A stretch of 63,612 nt of DNA, the filler included, from Choristocarpus tenellus KU-1152 (Eukaryota > Protista > Phaeophyceae), in assembly GCA_964200185.2 (NCBI GenBank). It is 9 parts of 9 records of this genome, joined end to end, with 100 filler letters (N's around TTAATTAATTAA, not from the genome) between each part and the next. Parts side by side here need not be neighbours in the genome. Positions count along the whole stretch, not along the records: positions 33,393 to 43,010 come from CAXNAD020003532.1; positions 43,111 to 46,545 come from CAXNAD020020050.1; positions 46,646 to 50,784 come from CAXNAD020016020.1; 6 more parts are not named here. One strand, written 5' to 3'. The notes under the pieces are model-generated. The model saw only the letters and a list, made by a program, of their open reading frames with translations, was not told the DNA's origin and searched no databases. Each line of letters begins with the position of its first letter. The first letter of the stretch is position 1. The translations under genes and the position numbers were made by a program. Below are positions 35,140 to 48,450 of the stretch, piece by piece.

Positions 35140-38087
35140 ATGCTGGGACGTGTGGTGGGTAGTTGTCAGCGATACTTGTCTGTCCTTCCTTCCTCATCCT
35201 CTAGGCAGACCCTAGCAAAGGACACATATCTTGCCTTTCCCAAACAATACGGAGTACTGGATAGAACTACCGTGCGATCCCTCCTCATCCGGTTGCCTCT
35301 TCTATTTAGAGGCGAGTTTGAAACTGGAGTGTACCCTGATGAAATGCACTGGCGAGAGGGCATATCGCGAGACGAAGCACCAAGAGAGGTATGTCCTAAT
35401 TTCTTGGGCTTATACAGGATCTTAGTGCTTCCAGTCATGCCCTGTGCTTCGCACTGCAACTATTGAGACTAATGGATGAGTTATCGAAATATCAGTGCTC
35501 TACAAGGTATGTAGAGAAGAGTGAGACATTCCATTTTTGTTTCACCTGTTCATGTGCGTGTTTTATACAAGATTTGGAATCAGTTCTACAGCCAACACCA
35601 CAGTATCTCCTCACATTCGTTACACCGTAACAGAGTAGATCGTCAACTCATGGAAAGCTGATCGGACAGTGGCCAGGGTTGTGCTAAGTGCCGACCTCGG
35701 AAAACTGGCTACGATCCTAGGGGGCTGGCAATCAGTGAGGGTTGCACAAGATGACATCGTGTGGAAACCTCCTGGATGTGGACCAGTAGCATATCACCAA
35801 GACTCTGCCTACATCAGTAAACAGTTTTCCCCTGTGAGTAGCGATGCCGAAATACCTATATATTAACCCGTTACTCGTCATTACTTTGTTTGTCTTTGTC
35901 TCTCAGGAGTCATGAGGCTTTGTGTTATGCTTCTCGGCCGGGTTGCCGCTGCTTGATTCTGGTGGTGACGCTGGTGGACTTGGGGGGCCTTGATGCAAGT
36001 TTGGGCTCCATGGCACTGGTTTCCTCTGTACTGGAAGTTACAAATCCCGCATTAGGCGTACCTATTATATGCTTAAGAAGTGACATACACACCTAATATT
36101 TATCACCCTTTTGCAACTCTGCGTTCATACCTGGACATAATGGTCCTCCCCAATGTTCAGGCAGACAACAACTCCCTCACTGTTTGGATCGCGCTTGATG
36201 ACACAGATGAGAGTGTAGGTGAGCATTCCTCGTGTGACTGCAAGCCTTCAGTAGAGCTATGGGACACACACCAATGGTCTATTTGCCTGTTTGAAACATG
36301 TTGCATTGGCACCAATAACTTTTCCTTGATCGCTCCTTTGTTGTGCAAGATACGTTTCATCCCATCGTTCGACACATGTTTCTTCCTCCCACTTCAACAC
36401 TTTCCCAACACGCAGGCACCATTGAGTATGCCACTTTCTCTCCCCCTCCGCCCGGAAGCTCAACTCTGAGGCCCCCACAACCTCCTTTGCCAAGCCTGAA
36501 CTCATCCCCGGCATTCCATGGTGCTGATCCCCTGACCTATCGAGCTCCTGCAAAAGCGGCAGCAGCAGCTGCAGCTACTGAAGGGGGTAGGGGGCTTGCC
36601 TTGAGCTTCCAACCCATTTCAGTTGGTGTGGGGGGATGTGTGGTGCACTTGCAGGACGCCTGGCATGGGAGTGGTCCCAACTTGTCTGAATCACGTCACA
36701 GGAGGGCACTCGTGGTTCACTTCCTTCGAGGAGATGCTGTTTTCATTGACGGTAGCGTGCTGGAGGTATGTGCCTTACTGTGTGGCTAAGTGGGGGATAT
36801 TGGAAGGTGTTAGGATACTCGATTCACTGTCTTGGCGTAGTCCAAGCATTCTGCAATTACTTCTTTTGGTAGTGAAGAGATTGCCATGGTTCTGTGTTAC
36901 TGCAGAGATTCAATTTGTTATGTTCGTACCTCATGTACGTAGAGTTCACATTACACAGCTCTACGCTCGTTTTGTGGCGTTTTTTTGTTTTTTACTCTGA
37001 AGATCTTGTGTTCGGTTAATACGGTGGAATGAATGATAAGATTTATGAAGAAGAAAATACCCTCAGCTCTCGACTCTACTTTATGCCCCCGTCCTGGGCA
37101 CAAAGATGCCATGTACTTGCTGTATGTCCTGAGGTTTAGTCTGTAAAATGACATGGAGCACTTTTTTTTTGTTACTAAGGCTGTCCTCTGGAAAGAGCCA
37201 ATCTGCACAGAAGAACATGTTGAAGTTGAGGGCTCATTGAAACAGTAGTTTCTTGTTCTGCATCATGAATTGCTTCTCTTAGTCAGGAAACCTACTAGGG
37301 TTAGGTAGAACAAGAAGCGTAAGAGATGGAGATCCTTCTCTGCTGGTTATCCACCAGGTTTGGCTATCTTAAATGATGTAAACCAAACCAATTCACCCCC
37401 CACCCCCCACTGCACTCTCATCTTTGTACATAGTGTAACCTTGGCGTATGTCCGATATCTGTTCTCCCCCAAGCACTTGAATTGTTTTGTGCTACCACAA
37501 GAAGACGACCCTAACCTTAACCTATGACATGACTCTCGAATACTATTTATTATGAGCGAATTGTTTGAACCCTGTTGTAAATACCTCGATGCAAACATGT
37601 GCATTGAGAAAAAAAGAAGTAAATAACACGACTTGAAAAAGAGAAGTTATTAAAAGAGAGGGTTGTGTAGAGACAAGAGGTGAGTGAGCCTCACTGTATC
37701 ATGTGTTGGAATTGTGTGGATACACCAGGTCGATTCAGACTCAGGGACAAGTATCCCCGCTTTCCAACGAAGAACAAAGTGAGAGGCGCCAAGGTTTTGG
37801 TTGCCGTGTGTTGTGCAAGTTTTTCACCTTGATTGCATTGTACTATCACACACAAGCAGTTTCCCCCAGTCCTCCCTCCCCTCCATGTCGGTTGCTGTTA
37901 TTGTGTGAAATGTGTACACATATATGTACGCAAGGGGAGTGCTGGGCCAACCTACATCTATGGTCGGTACAAGCGTAACGGGAGAAACATGCTTCCAGAG
38001 GAGGCTTTTCCAGTGACATATTCCACTGATGGTTACAGGACCCCGTGGATTGATGAATACCTCAGGGCAGGAGAAGGGGGACAGTAG
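35140..38087 (+). CDS. Phytanoyl-CoA dioxygenase (PhyH) family Fe(II)/2-oxoglutarate oxygenase, ~334 aa; exons 35140-35388, 35639-35833, 36161-36218, 36416-36765, 37935-38087
   Basis: The spliced frame is open (1005 nt). Motifs WKPP...YHQD..Y, TVWIALDD....G.IEY and WHGSGPN.S...RRALVVH supply the HxD...H triad and the 2OG-binding Arg. Confidence 0.9.
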
Positions 38088-41000
38088 CACTGACTGTTTG
38101 TGATCAGTTCTTGGTGTACATTTGAAGGCATGATGGTTTGTCTGGTTGGAGAGGAAGAGGGCTATACTGTAATTTTTTGTGTTGGCTTTCACTGTTCTTG
38201 TCTCGGCTCGTCTGTTTGTTGAACCAATTGAAGCACGTTTGTGCTTTGTTGTGTGATCCATACAGTTCCCTTTTCTCCTTTTGTTGATGTTTTGACTTTT
38301 GCCTGATGAGGCAGGTTGAGGGAATGTACACCATACATATATTACTTTTTTTTTTTGGAAGTAGCGTACACTAACTACTCCAGCGCCGTAGTAGCAACCA
38401 CAGCGTACATTTTATTTTATTTTTATCAAGCATAAAAATCCCAGACTTTTTTTTTTCGAGTGCCTTTCCGAAGTAGGCGTTTGTTTTTGAACTTGGGTGA
38501 AGAATACATGTGCTCCTGATTTTTTTTCTTTTTTTTAATGCTTGAAAAGGTGTGTACTGCATGGGACTAAATAAACGGTATCAGAAGCAAAACTCAAAAA
38601 CAGAACTGGTACGACTCACCAACCCAAGGGAGAGACAGACAGGCTGCATTTTTTTTTTGTTTTTTTTCCTTTGTGTATGGGTATCGTTAGCACGCCGCAT
38701 GTACAGAATGATAACACTACATATACTACGTAAGCATTTTTTTGAGGTATGTAGGAGGAGTACTACTCTGACCAAAAACGAAACGTCTTTTTTTTTTTTC
38801 AATTACCGGGCACTACTTTAGAGTTACGTTCTTTTCATACGATACTTCATAGCACAAGATAACACATATACAGAATTACGTATCTTGTCTCTTGAATGCT
38901 GCTATCCCTGGATGTTTGCTGGGCCTTGACTGCAAGGTTTGAAGAGGTTCGGAAATTCTCGAACAAAAAATTGAGAAGAGTTTTTTTTCCTGTAGTTCTG
39001 TGGACCTTTTCAGAAAAAAGCCATTAATTATCTCCACTGCATACACCTTAGAGGTCCACTGAACCAATACTCTCCTATGTACTCCAGGTAAACATCACAA
39101 AAAGAGTTCAAAAATGTTGGTACTACTGTACTATGTTAATAAAAAAGTATAAATACTAGTGGGGTACTTGCTAGGTAAGCACGCTATTTGTTCACAACCC
39201 CTACTCTACTATAATTCAACAAATGCACTGCACAAAATGCTACTGTTGCAGGTTCTCATTTCCTCCAGTCCTTGCAATTTCTAACCGATTTTAGTGAGCA
39301 ACTCAACTCCAAAAAAGTTGTTGCAATTCATAGTACTTAACTGTGATTTATTCATGGTACTGACTCCCAAAGGGAAAGGTTTAGCAAAGCAACGCCCTCC
39401 CTTTATGAACTCTAACCTGTACTACTATGTATAATATTACTATCATTACTACAGCACTACTGTATTTGAAACTGTACAACAACCTCTGATGATGGTAGCA
39501 TTTAAAAGATGTATTCCCCCCTCCTTTCAGCACCTGTTCATCCATGCAAATGTGTCAAACCCCCTAACCATGAAAGCATTGCAATATAGCCATAGAACTC
39601 TAATGAGACTGTGCAATGTACACATGAGAAGGACTACCCAGTCCACACATAGTCTGTACTAATTATAATTAGTTCACATCTTTGTGTAAGGAATTTTTTT
39701 GTTCTTCTCTTGTGGTGACAACATATTATCTTTGTCCATACATGTTGCACTCCATGTTACATCCTACACCAGCACGACTAACATTTTGTAGCCAGTACCA
39801 CCAAATTCCCTCTTTGTGTACTTGTTTGTGATACTTAGTGTTCGAACAGCAAGAAAGCTCGCCTGGGTAAGTTATGAACTCCCCTCACCTCTCCCCATCC
39901 CCACTCCACCCCAAAGGTACATCTTAATGTGATATGGGGTACAAAACTGCATCCTTCAGGTACCAAGCCTAGAGCAATGAGAAAAAGAGCATCGCAAATG
40001 ATGGACAAATGTATACATTTCATGGAACATAGTCTAGCTACAGGAGTTACAAGCGCACTCCCCACATGGATGCGCGCGATCAAATCGAAAGGCCCTGACC
40101 GACCATGGTACATGATGCAGTACACACGTATGACACTATTATCTTGGAAAAAAAGCAAAGGCAAGTGCTCACTCGTATTTCAATTAAACAATCAATCCTC
40201 ACCACGGCTTGTGCAGACACACACAGATGAGAGGTGGGATCCTGCAAAGGTGGGAGAGAGGAACCTGATACCTGATCACAGAGAGTAGAAGTCAACGCTT
40301 ACAAGGAGGGATGGTCTTCCACCTCAATAATCACTCACCCCTATCCCCAACTAATCCTTAGTCCCTTGCTCTCCATGCAACATTACGAAGGGTGGGCAGG
40401 GAGCTTCTGGAAAACCTACTTTGTGCTCTCAAGGCACTTGAGTCGATAAATGAAAAGCAAAGCTTAACAAAGATTACTCAATGCCATGACTTTGTAAGAC
40501 CACCAAGAATATTGCACAAAGCTTAACACTGGAGTCTCATACTCGTGAGAGTCCGATGCTAATATGACTTATATTCAGAGTGGTGTGTTCAGAGTGGATG
40601 TAATCTTCTCATAGGGATAGGAATTTCACTTAGCCATGAAGGTGTATTCCCCACCATGATTTGTCATTATTTCTTCCTCTGTCCTCGTCAATCCTCAATC
40701 CGTCACACTTATCTAGATTGAATCCTCATGTCACATGAAAAAGCAGCCGTAATACTCCTTTTCACCTTCCTCGTGCTTGCTCACAAACACACGCACACAC
40801 ACACGCACACACATTCCGCCCAAATAAACCAAATTCATTTGCATTCAACAGGGTATAATTAGGAATGCAACCAAGGACCAGAACTGACTAGACAAGAAAA
40901 CATTCTTGAACAGTGGCAGAGGAGGGGGTGGGGAAGCTTTTTTTTTGGGGGGGGGGCATGGGTCGCAGGCAAGGAGATCAAGACAAATCCACCGGAATAT

Positions 41001-42072
41001 TGATCGGCTTGCATCCAGGCACATCTGACGGGGCTTCCCTACCCTCCCAAGGTGGTCGTGGTGTGTTCTCATCAACCGTAATGCCTCTGACGAAAAGTGT
41101 GAGGGTGAGAAAAGGAGAGAGGGGGCGGGGGCGGGGGGGTGGGTTGGGATTGAGGAAGAGTGTTTACGGTATAGAATAGTACAGGAAAAGCAAGGATATA
41201 TGATCAACTTATTTTTTACAGAAGTGTGATGGGGGTGGGTGGGTGGGAGTTGTTGCAATTCCCTCTTGGTCAAGCAGAAAGGTGGATGCTCTGGGCTACT
41301 CCCCACATTATTCTGGGAGTGTGCGTGTGCGTGCGGTGTTTTGTTCCTCTTACGTGCACTCTTTACAAAAAAAAAAGTATGAGCATGACATTACGATGAA
41401 AAAAACCCCTTCAAGATTTACAAATACACTAATGTACACAATCAAACCCCCTACTGTGTGTGCCTACACATGTGTGGTGTGAAGGGTGCCACAAAGCCCG
41501 TCTTGCACAGTCTACGAAAATATGGCCTCTGAAAAATAGCAACTAAGAGATCAGGCAGGGTATTTTCTAAAAGGCTCTATGTGTGGTTTTGTTCACACTC
41601 ATAAAAACTATATATATTTATTTATTTGCACATTTTGGTTACTGGTCGGGCATGGCAGCCAGTAACATCCTTCACATGCAGGTACCTAGTCTTTCTTCCC
41701 TGATGCAAAACATAAAATGGGAATACAAATCAGTCACATACAGCCAAGGACCTTTTTTTCATGCGCGGATCCAAACTATTAGATGCCGCCTTTTTGGGGG
41801 ACACATCATTAAAAAAAAAAACACTGTGAGAGAGGCGGAATATGAAGGGGAACATATCAAACAAGATGCACAATACAATACAATACAAAACACACAAATA
41901 CTTCAACAGCTGCAGTGTATACGCATCAAACATGCAAGTGATTTAAGACCGAGGGAAACAAACAAACGCTCACCAAGGTGGTTTTTGCCAATTCATTGGT
42001 AGCGTTTGCTGACAAATGAAAACGGTGAGGGTGCAAGCAATAGCCACAAGACATCACGCCCATCCCCCCCGG

Positions 42073-42104
<32 letters not shown>

Positions 42105-42865
42105 TTCCCAGATACTTTGGGTCTGTAAAGGTGGGGACACAGCCTACCTATGATTAGGAGACCACTGGCTGACATGGAACATGAGAGTTGAAACTAGGCA
42201 GTGTGTGAAGGAATGAGGCCATTCATTGCAGGATAGTCAACGAGACTGGGGATTAGTTTCTCATCCTTTCTTTTTAAGAAAAAATTGTGTAGTAATGAGG
42301 AGACAGAAAGAAGAATTTAGGGAAGGGGTTGTGTGATATTGGACTGGGATAGTACAAGCAGTCCATGCACCGAGGAGGGTTTGGGGGCAACTTGACTGAA
42401 GAGAGAAGAATATGCCTTACTCCATGGGAGGATAGGAGGGGCGATGAGGATGTTTATGATAAGAGTGCCAGATCTTGTCATACAGAGCGAAGGGAGAGGT
42501 GGAAGTTTAGGGTATTTGTGGTATACATCTGGGCTATCCAGCAGAGGGACCTGGTGTGGGTTTCAACAGGCTTGGGGAATGGTACTAAGTAAGGATTGGG
42601 TGCAGTAAGGGAAGAGGTAGTGCCGAGGAATTGTATAGTTCATTTACACAATGCAGGGGTCAAGCTTCGATGGGTTAGATGTCTTCTAGTTTAAAGGTGG
42701 GTTCAGAAAGGTAGGGAGGTGGATAAATGTAGACTATTATTCTGGGAGGGGATAAATGCATATAATGCTGATGAAAACATAATGGTTTGGAGAGTGGTGG
42801 ATATAATGTGGATGGACGTACGTGGTGATTTGAATATGGAGATGCTTTTGCCCACATTGATGAGA

Positions 42866-43010
42866 GACCCAAAGTATCTGGGAGGGGGTAGCGGCTGTCC
42901 ACTTGGGGCCAATTTTTTCATGTAGCGATTTTTGTTTGGTTGGGTTGCATACGTCGGATGGATAATGTAAGTGCACTTTTCCTACTTATGGTCCAAATGG
43001 ACACCCTGGT
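42866..43010 (-). mobile_element. MITE family A, truncated by gap
   Basis: Reverse-complement match to 19-192, starting gacccaaagtatctggg. Confidence 0.8.
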
Positions 43011-43110
43011 NNNNNNNNNNNNNNNNNNNNNNNNNNNNNNNNNNNNNNNNNNNNTTAATTAATTAANNNNNNNNNNNNNNNNNNNNNNNNNNNNNNNNNN
43101 NNNNNNNNNN

Positions 43111-43985
43111 ACAAGTCCATGATATTGAGGTCGGGGGGGTCAGATGGTTGCGTCACAAGCCTAATCGACCACCTCTGAGTCTTCCCTGCCCCTGACAAGA
43201 TTTCTGAGTTGCCCTTGCCCGTGTGGGGGGTGGTACCGTCTTGCGGAACAACAGAGTGCTTCCCCTGCAACCAAGGCAACTTGGTCTTAATTGCAGACAG
43301 CAACCCCTCCGTGTACAACTTCCTGTACCACAAATGGTCTAAAGTATAGTCCTGCTCATACACATCCTCCATTTTATAGTTCTTACTTGTCCTGTCTGCC
43401 GTTTTTGGCGCAAACACACGCCTAACACCAAGCTTTCCATCAAAGCTGTGAGCCGAATCTGGGCGGGCGTTGGCTGTGGAAATACCCTAACCCTTTCCCC
43501 ACATGGATCGTGTTTACCATGGAGGTATACACACCACGTTTCCGGTCCACGTGATCGCAAACAAAGTTCATTCTTCGTACCTTTTGCACGATTTAAGCTT
43601 GGGTTTGATCCAGTAGCGATTTGGTATGGCCCCCATACCATCCAACCACCTGTTTATGGTGCTAATGCTAAAATTCAGCCCCTTGGCGGCCGACCATCTT
43701 CATTGCCACCTGACGCACTGTGGATGACCGATTATCAGAGATGATACTATGTATTGCGGCCATTTTGGTTGGTGTGAGCTCCGAAGGCCGCCCACTACGC
43801 GTCGCCACCCCTAGGTCAAGCGTGTGGCCACGGGTGAGCTGATTGGCGACGTCCTCCCAGAGCCCTTGCATGTAACGCTCGGACACTCCAAACTCCACTT
43901 CGAGGGCCGACCCAACGTGTTGCGGCAGCTTATGCTCACCAGGGACCATCGTGAGGGCGTGCCACACTGCAAGCACAATACAACC
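43111..43985 (-). mobile_element. Decayed Tc1/mariner (plant/oomycete DD39D-like) transposase
   Basis: N-terminal HTH (FGVSER...RSGRP), catalytic PQDGTTPH...TQPSDPPDLNIMDL; multiple frameshifts. Confidence 0.8.
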
Positions 43986-44489
43986 TTGGTATTCGGGGAC
44001 ACTTGGGCACCCTTACTATGCTGGGGGAGTCGATGGGGGGTTGCCATGCCGATGTTCTGACCCTCGACGTGTCCAGTTCTGGCCTCAAAATCATCCCAAA
44101 AGACCCCTACTTTGACGGCTTGAAGCACCTCGAGTTTTTACCTGATGATCCTCGACTCCTACTTTTTCTGAAAGCTGAGATTGGCTACCCGATTTCATTC
44201 TGTGGGGTTATCGTCCGATTCGGTGCCATTATCGCTCGGCGAGCCCAGATGTTTCGCGGCACAAACTTATGGCACAGAGGTAGTAGGTCAAGATTGGTAG
44301 TGACTTGGCAGGGTTGTCCCTATTACTGCTCCCACTGACAGTCGTCTAGAACAGCCCTACATCCAGATGTCTGAAACGTCTCGATCTAACTAGATCCTTC
44401 TCTGTTTTATAACTCTCCAATATTCTCATCTTCGTCCTTTCTTTCCCACCATTTTTTATATCGCCTATTTCTCACGTACTCTTTTTTTG

Positions 44490-45450
44490 TGCCAAGGTTA
44501 TGAGTGTGGCAAAAATGGTACAGGATTTTATCGCAGAAGCATAGAAGAAAATTGAGGGTGAAACATTTGTGACCGTGTCTTTTGTTATGCCCATATCCAC
44601 AATGTACTAGTGGGGCCGGAGAAAGCCGTGCAAGCCAGCAGCAACTTCAAAGCCGCCACCCCTGAACAAGTGGAAGCAAGAAATGGTGTGCGCAGAAGTG
44701 ATGATGACTGATTTCGTGGACCGCTTTGGTACAGTTAGGAACAATTGCCCAGCATTCTGAGGGTGAGAACTGGCAGCTGGGATGGTATATGCGGAAGTAG
44801 GTCCTGGCCACTTGCTTGGACCCCAGAACCATAGTATTTCATAGCCTTCCAGAGAATGAGGATATTTGGAGGCAGGTGGAGTTCCAAGTCTTAGGTGTTG
44901 TTGAGGAGGACCACATAAGCACAAGATGTAGAGAACAGTCCTCTTGTGGAACTAAGCCCACATACTGTACACACACTGCCCAAATTAAGGGGGGGGCAGT
45001 CTTCCCAGAAAAGACACTAGAGGTTTGTATGAGACTTGCAATAAGTGTGGGGGATTCAGCTTGTGTTGGTGGGTATTGGCACAAAATTGTCAGGGATTAC
45101 ATGGAGGAAGCAGCACATATAGAGGTTGGTGTATTTAAGGTTGCAGAAGGCTCCCTCATAATTGATTTGGAGAGTGGAGTTTACAATGACCCGCTCAGGT
45201 GGTGGTGGGGAAGGAATTCCAAAAATTCTGGTCTGGACAAAGTTACCCATTGCATTTTGACTCTTCCTGCCTCGCAAACAGAGTTGGAATGCATCTTCTC
45301 AACAGGTGGGAATATTATGACTTTCAAACGGAACATAATCGACCCAGAAAATGTGCTGCTTGTTGTGTTCATTCGAAACACCTGGATGAAGGTGAATGGA
45401 TGGGAGGCTGGGAAGGACGAGAACAAAAACGATACCAGGTTAAGAGTGTA
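44490..45450 (+). mobile_element. Decayed hAT transposase C-terminus (dimerisation domain)
   Basis: LDPR...DPLRWW...ILTLPASQTELECIFSTGGNIMTFKRN.IDPENV..VFIRN. Confidence 0.8.
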
Positions 45451-45480
45451 AGCACCAATGCGTAGGAACAACATACACAA

Positions 45481-45939
45481 CCTTAACACCTTTGCAGTGG
45501 AAAGTTTTTAGTGCTTCAGCAAGCAAGAGGAATGCTTCCTGGATGAGCCGGCTACACACATGATGGTGGGGATAGGGACTGGAGGATATAGCAGGAAAGG
45601 AGCGATTAAATCCTGGCTACACCAAATAGTCTCAGTAACTACGCAAGTGGCACTGTCTAGACGTGTCACGCGTTTGAAGCTTCAGCCACCAGGGAGATGG
45701 GCACGAAGGGGTTAGTTAGATTATTGGGATGCCTCCCTAACTCCTCAACCTAGGGTACAGGAATAGGTAGATTGGAGGCACAGGAAGACAGTGGTATAAC
45801 ATAGATAGTAGCGAAATAACAAATAGATTAGCGTTTTTCACATATGTGACATTTTATTTCTTTTGGGCTTGTACTGATATGTGAATAGTTTCATTGGTTT
45901 CCCCCCTGACACATCTCCAAAATGTCAGAGGGCATAATA
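45481..45939 (+). mobile_element. CRE-like 3' end (5'-truncated)
   Basis: Homologous to 34700-34991, including the terminal cccctgacacatct..aaaatgtcagagggcataata. Confidence 0.8.
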
Positions 45940-46184
45940 GTGTAATATACATACACGAACAGATAATACATATAACTGTAAATACAATAGATAATTCCTC
46001 ATTCCATAAAATGATCCTCTTGACAAGTCTTCAGTTCATTTTTTTCTTCGAAACAAAAACATATGTATGTAATGAAGTATTTATGACAACACGTCGAAGT
46101 GTATGCCATAGCAGTGATTTTATTTTTTTATTTGCTTTTCGCTTGACACATCTATAAGATGTCGTAACATAATAATTTATGTAG

Positions 46185-46460
46185 TTTTCTGGATGAGTTG
46201 ACTATGCACGTGGTAGGGGGGAGAGGGACAGGAGGTTACAGGAAAGGAAATGTCAAATCCCGTTTACAACAGATAGTGTCTGTCACAACACAAGTTACTC
46301 CATCAAGAAGTGTCATGCGTTTTAACCTGGAGGCACCAGGGAGATGGGCAAGGAGGGGCCTGTCAGATTCATGGGATGCTTCCCTGGCTCCTCGCCATGG
46401 GGTGTAGGGCTTAGCTAGGTTGGAGGTATAGGAGGGGAGTGGTGTAGTATAGGTGGTACT
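46185..46460 (+). mobile_element. CRE-like 3' fragment
   Basis: VVGGRGTGGYRKGNVKSRLQQIVSVTTQV, homologous to 34760-34850 and 45560-45760. Confidence 0.75.
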
Positions 46461-46464
46461 AAAA

Positions 46465-46545
46465 GCCTCAAAGTATCTGGGGGGGGGGGGGGTGGCGGTC
46501 CGTTTGGGGTCAATTTTTCATGTTGCGATTTTTGGGGGATTTGGT
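46465..46545 (-). mobile_element. MITE family A, truncated by gap
   Basis: gcctcaaagtatctggggg...gtccgtttggggtcaatttttcatgttgcgattttt. Confidence 0.75.
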
Positions 46546-46645
46546 NNNNNNNNNNNNNNNNNNNNNNNNNNNNNNNNNNNNNNNNNNNNTTAATTAATTA
46601 ANNNNNNNNNNNNNNNNNNNNNNNNNNNNNNNNNNNNNNNNNNNN

Positions 46646-46733
46646 ATCTGGGGGTGGTGGTTTGTGAGGGGGCATCCGTTTTGATCCGGACGCCCCCTCA
46701 CAAACCACCCCCCCCCCTAAGATACGTTGATCC
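46646..46733. mobile_element. Short palindromic MITE (family C); another arm at 33244-33292
   Basis: ggtggtttgtgagggggcatccg...cggacgccccctcacaaaccacc hairpin within the same CAAAGTATCT-type TIR. Confidence 0.7.
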
Positions 46734-46794
46734 AAATATTTTGAGAACGCTAACGAATGTTGGTTACCTAGGTTACGAAGTGCAAGCCTAGTGA

Positions 46795-47310
46795 GGCTCA
46801 AAGTATCTATGGGTGAGTGGCCGCTGTCCATTTGGGGCCTATTTTTCCATGTCACGATTTTTGGGTGGTTTAGTTGTATGCATCGGATGGATATGTCACA
46901 GCTGAAGGTTTTCCACCATTTTAAAGACTTTGTGCAGGTGGATGAGAAATGTTTTTGCATCTGCAAGAAGGACGTCCACAAGTACTATATCTATGATGAC
47001 GAATGGCCTCCTCCCTTCCCACAAAGTGCAAGACAAGACCCACATTACCAAATGTGATGTATCTTTCGTCTGTCACTCGCCCAGGATTTGATACTGCTGC
47101 AAGCAGCAATTTTGACGGGAAATTTGGCACTTTTCCATTTGTTGAGAGAATTGCGGCAAAGCGAGGCAGAAGCAATAAGCCCGAAGGGACGATATTTTAC
47201 CCCCTCTGAACCATTTCGGAGTAGGAAAATGTCATAAGAAAAACGTGGGGAACCCAAGCCCCAAACGGACAAACAGGTTAAAACTCGTACCCTCTAAGAT
47301 ACTTTCACTC
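46795..47310. mobile_element. Composite: MITE-A arm + mariner transposase fragment (~46900-47195, + strand) + MITE-B arm
   Basis: Starts ggctcaaagtatct (A) and ends agatactttcactc (B). The middle encodes FKDFVQVDEKCF...PNVMYLSSVTRP...FDGKFGTFPFVE..AAKR (mariner catalytic region, frameshifted). Confidence 0.7.
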
Positions 47311-47319
47311 TCACTCTTG

Positions 47320-48450
47320 CTCCATGACAACCCCGGCGAGACGTTGGCATTCCATTTCACACCCTTGTTCCCTTTTGTCTTGTCCTCCTCCATGTGATCC
47401 TGCTCCATCAATTCAAGGTTGGCAAACGCAAACATAACATTTGCCATGGTATTTGGACCCGGGCGTAAGTTCTTGCCTCCCATAACCTCGCCGTACATAC
47501 TCCAGTTGCACTCACAGCCAGCAGCAGCTGGTAGCATGTAGAGTACATATATGGCCACAGTAGCCAACTCCTTCTGCTCCCCTTGTCAAATGTGTTCCAC
47601 CACGAGCCCCTTGTCATGTTCGGCGTCAAATCTAGTTGATTTCTACCCTTCTTGTACAATGCAAACAATATTATCCACGTGCCTACAGGCCTTCTACCAC
47701 ACATATTCCTACCACTTGGGGTGGAAAGGCATTGTTCCTGCGCTACTATCTGCAGATCTTGTAGAGACTCGTTTTCATGTTTGTCGTCAATGTCTTTGCT
47801 ACTATTACAGTACTCTGGACATAGATCAAATACGCCCCCTTTTTACAAATGAGATTACCTGATATACAGAAGTGAGGGACAACAAAGGCTACAGTATCAG
47901 GCGTAATGGATGAACAACACTCAGCAATCTTTAACGCCCATCATAATCGCTTGTTGAAGATCTTTTTTGAGGGCTGTGGACAAAGAACCTTGCTGGATAG
48001 TAGATAAATAGTAGAATACTGGACCACTTTGTTCACCACCCCCACCTTGACCACCAGGTTTAGACACATTTTCAAATCCAAAACCTCCTGGTTGAGGCGA
48101 AGGGTGTTTGTGGTCTGGTGTTGTGCTATTAATGTAAGGTCTTTGTACGCTCTTAAAAATTTCATTCAAGAACAAGTATGACTGATACCAAAGTTGCCCA
48201 GTGCCGTTTGCCCATTGCCTTTGGACCTGGTCCCCATACCTTCCTTATATCTTCTAGATATTATCGGCCTAACCTCAAAAATAAAAGAGTTCAATGCAAT
48301 GTAGATTGGTCCTGGTGAAATACGCAGACATCCAATTCATACACATAATATCTCGAAGGAGAGGTCACAGAAGGAGCATTTTCCAGTGTGATCAGTGCAA
48401 ATCCTGTGTGAACAAGTGCAATGTTCAAGTACTGATTGAGCTCGCACGTA
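47320..48450 (-). mobile_element. Decayed hAT transposase (second family)
   Basis: SWWNTF...VAIYVL..PAAAGCECNWSMYGEVMGGKN resembles the hAT 'WW...SAA.CERNWS' dimerisation motif. The upstream extent is approximate. Confidence 0.65.
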
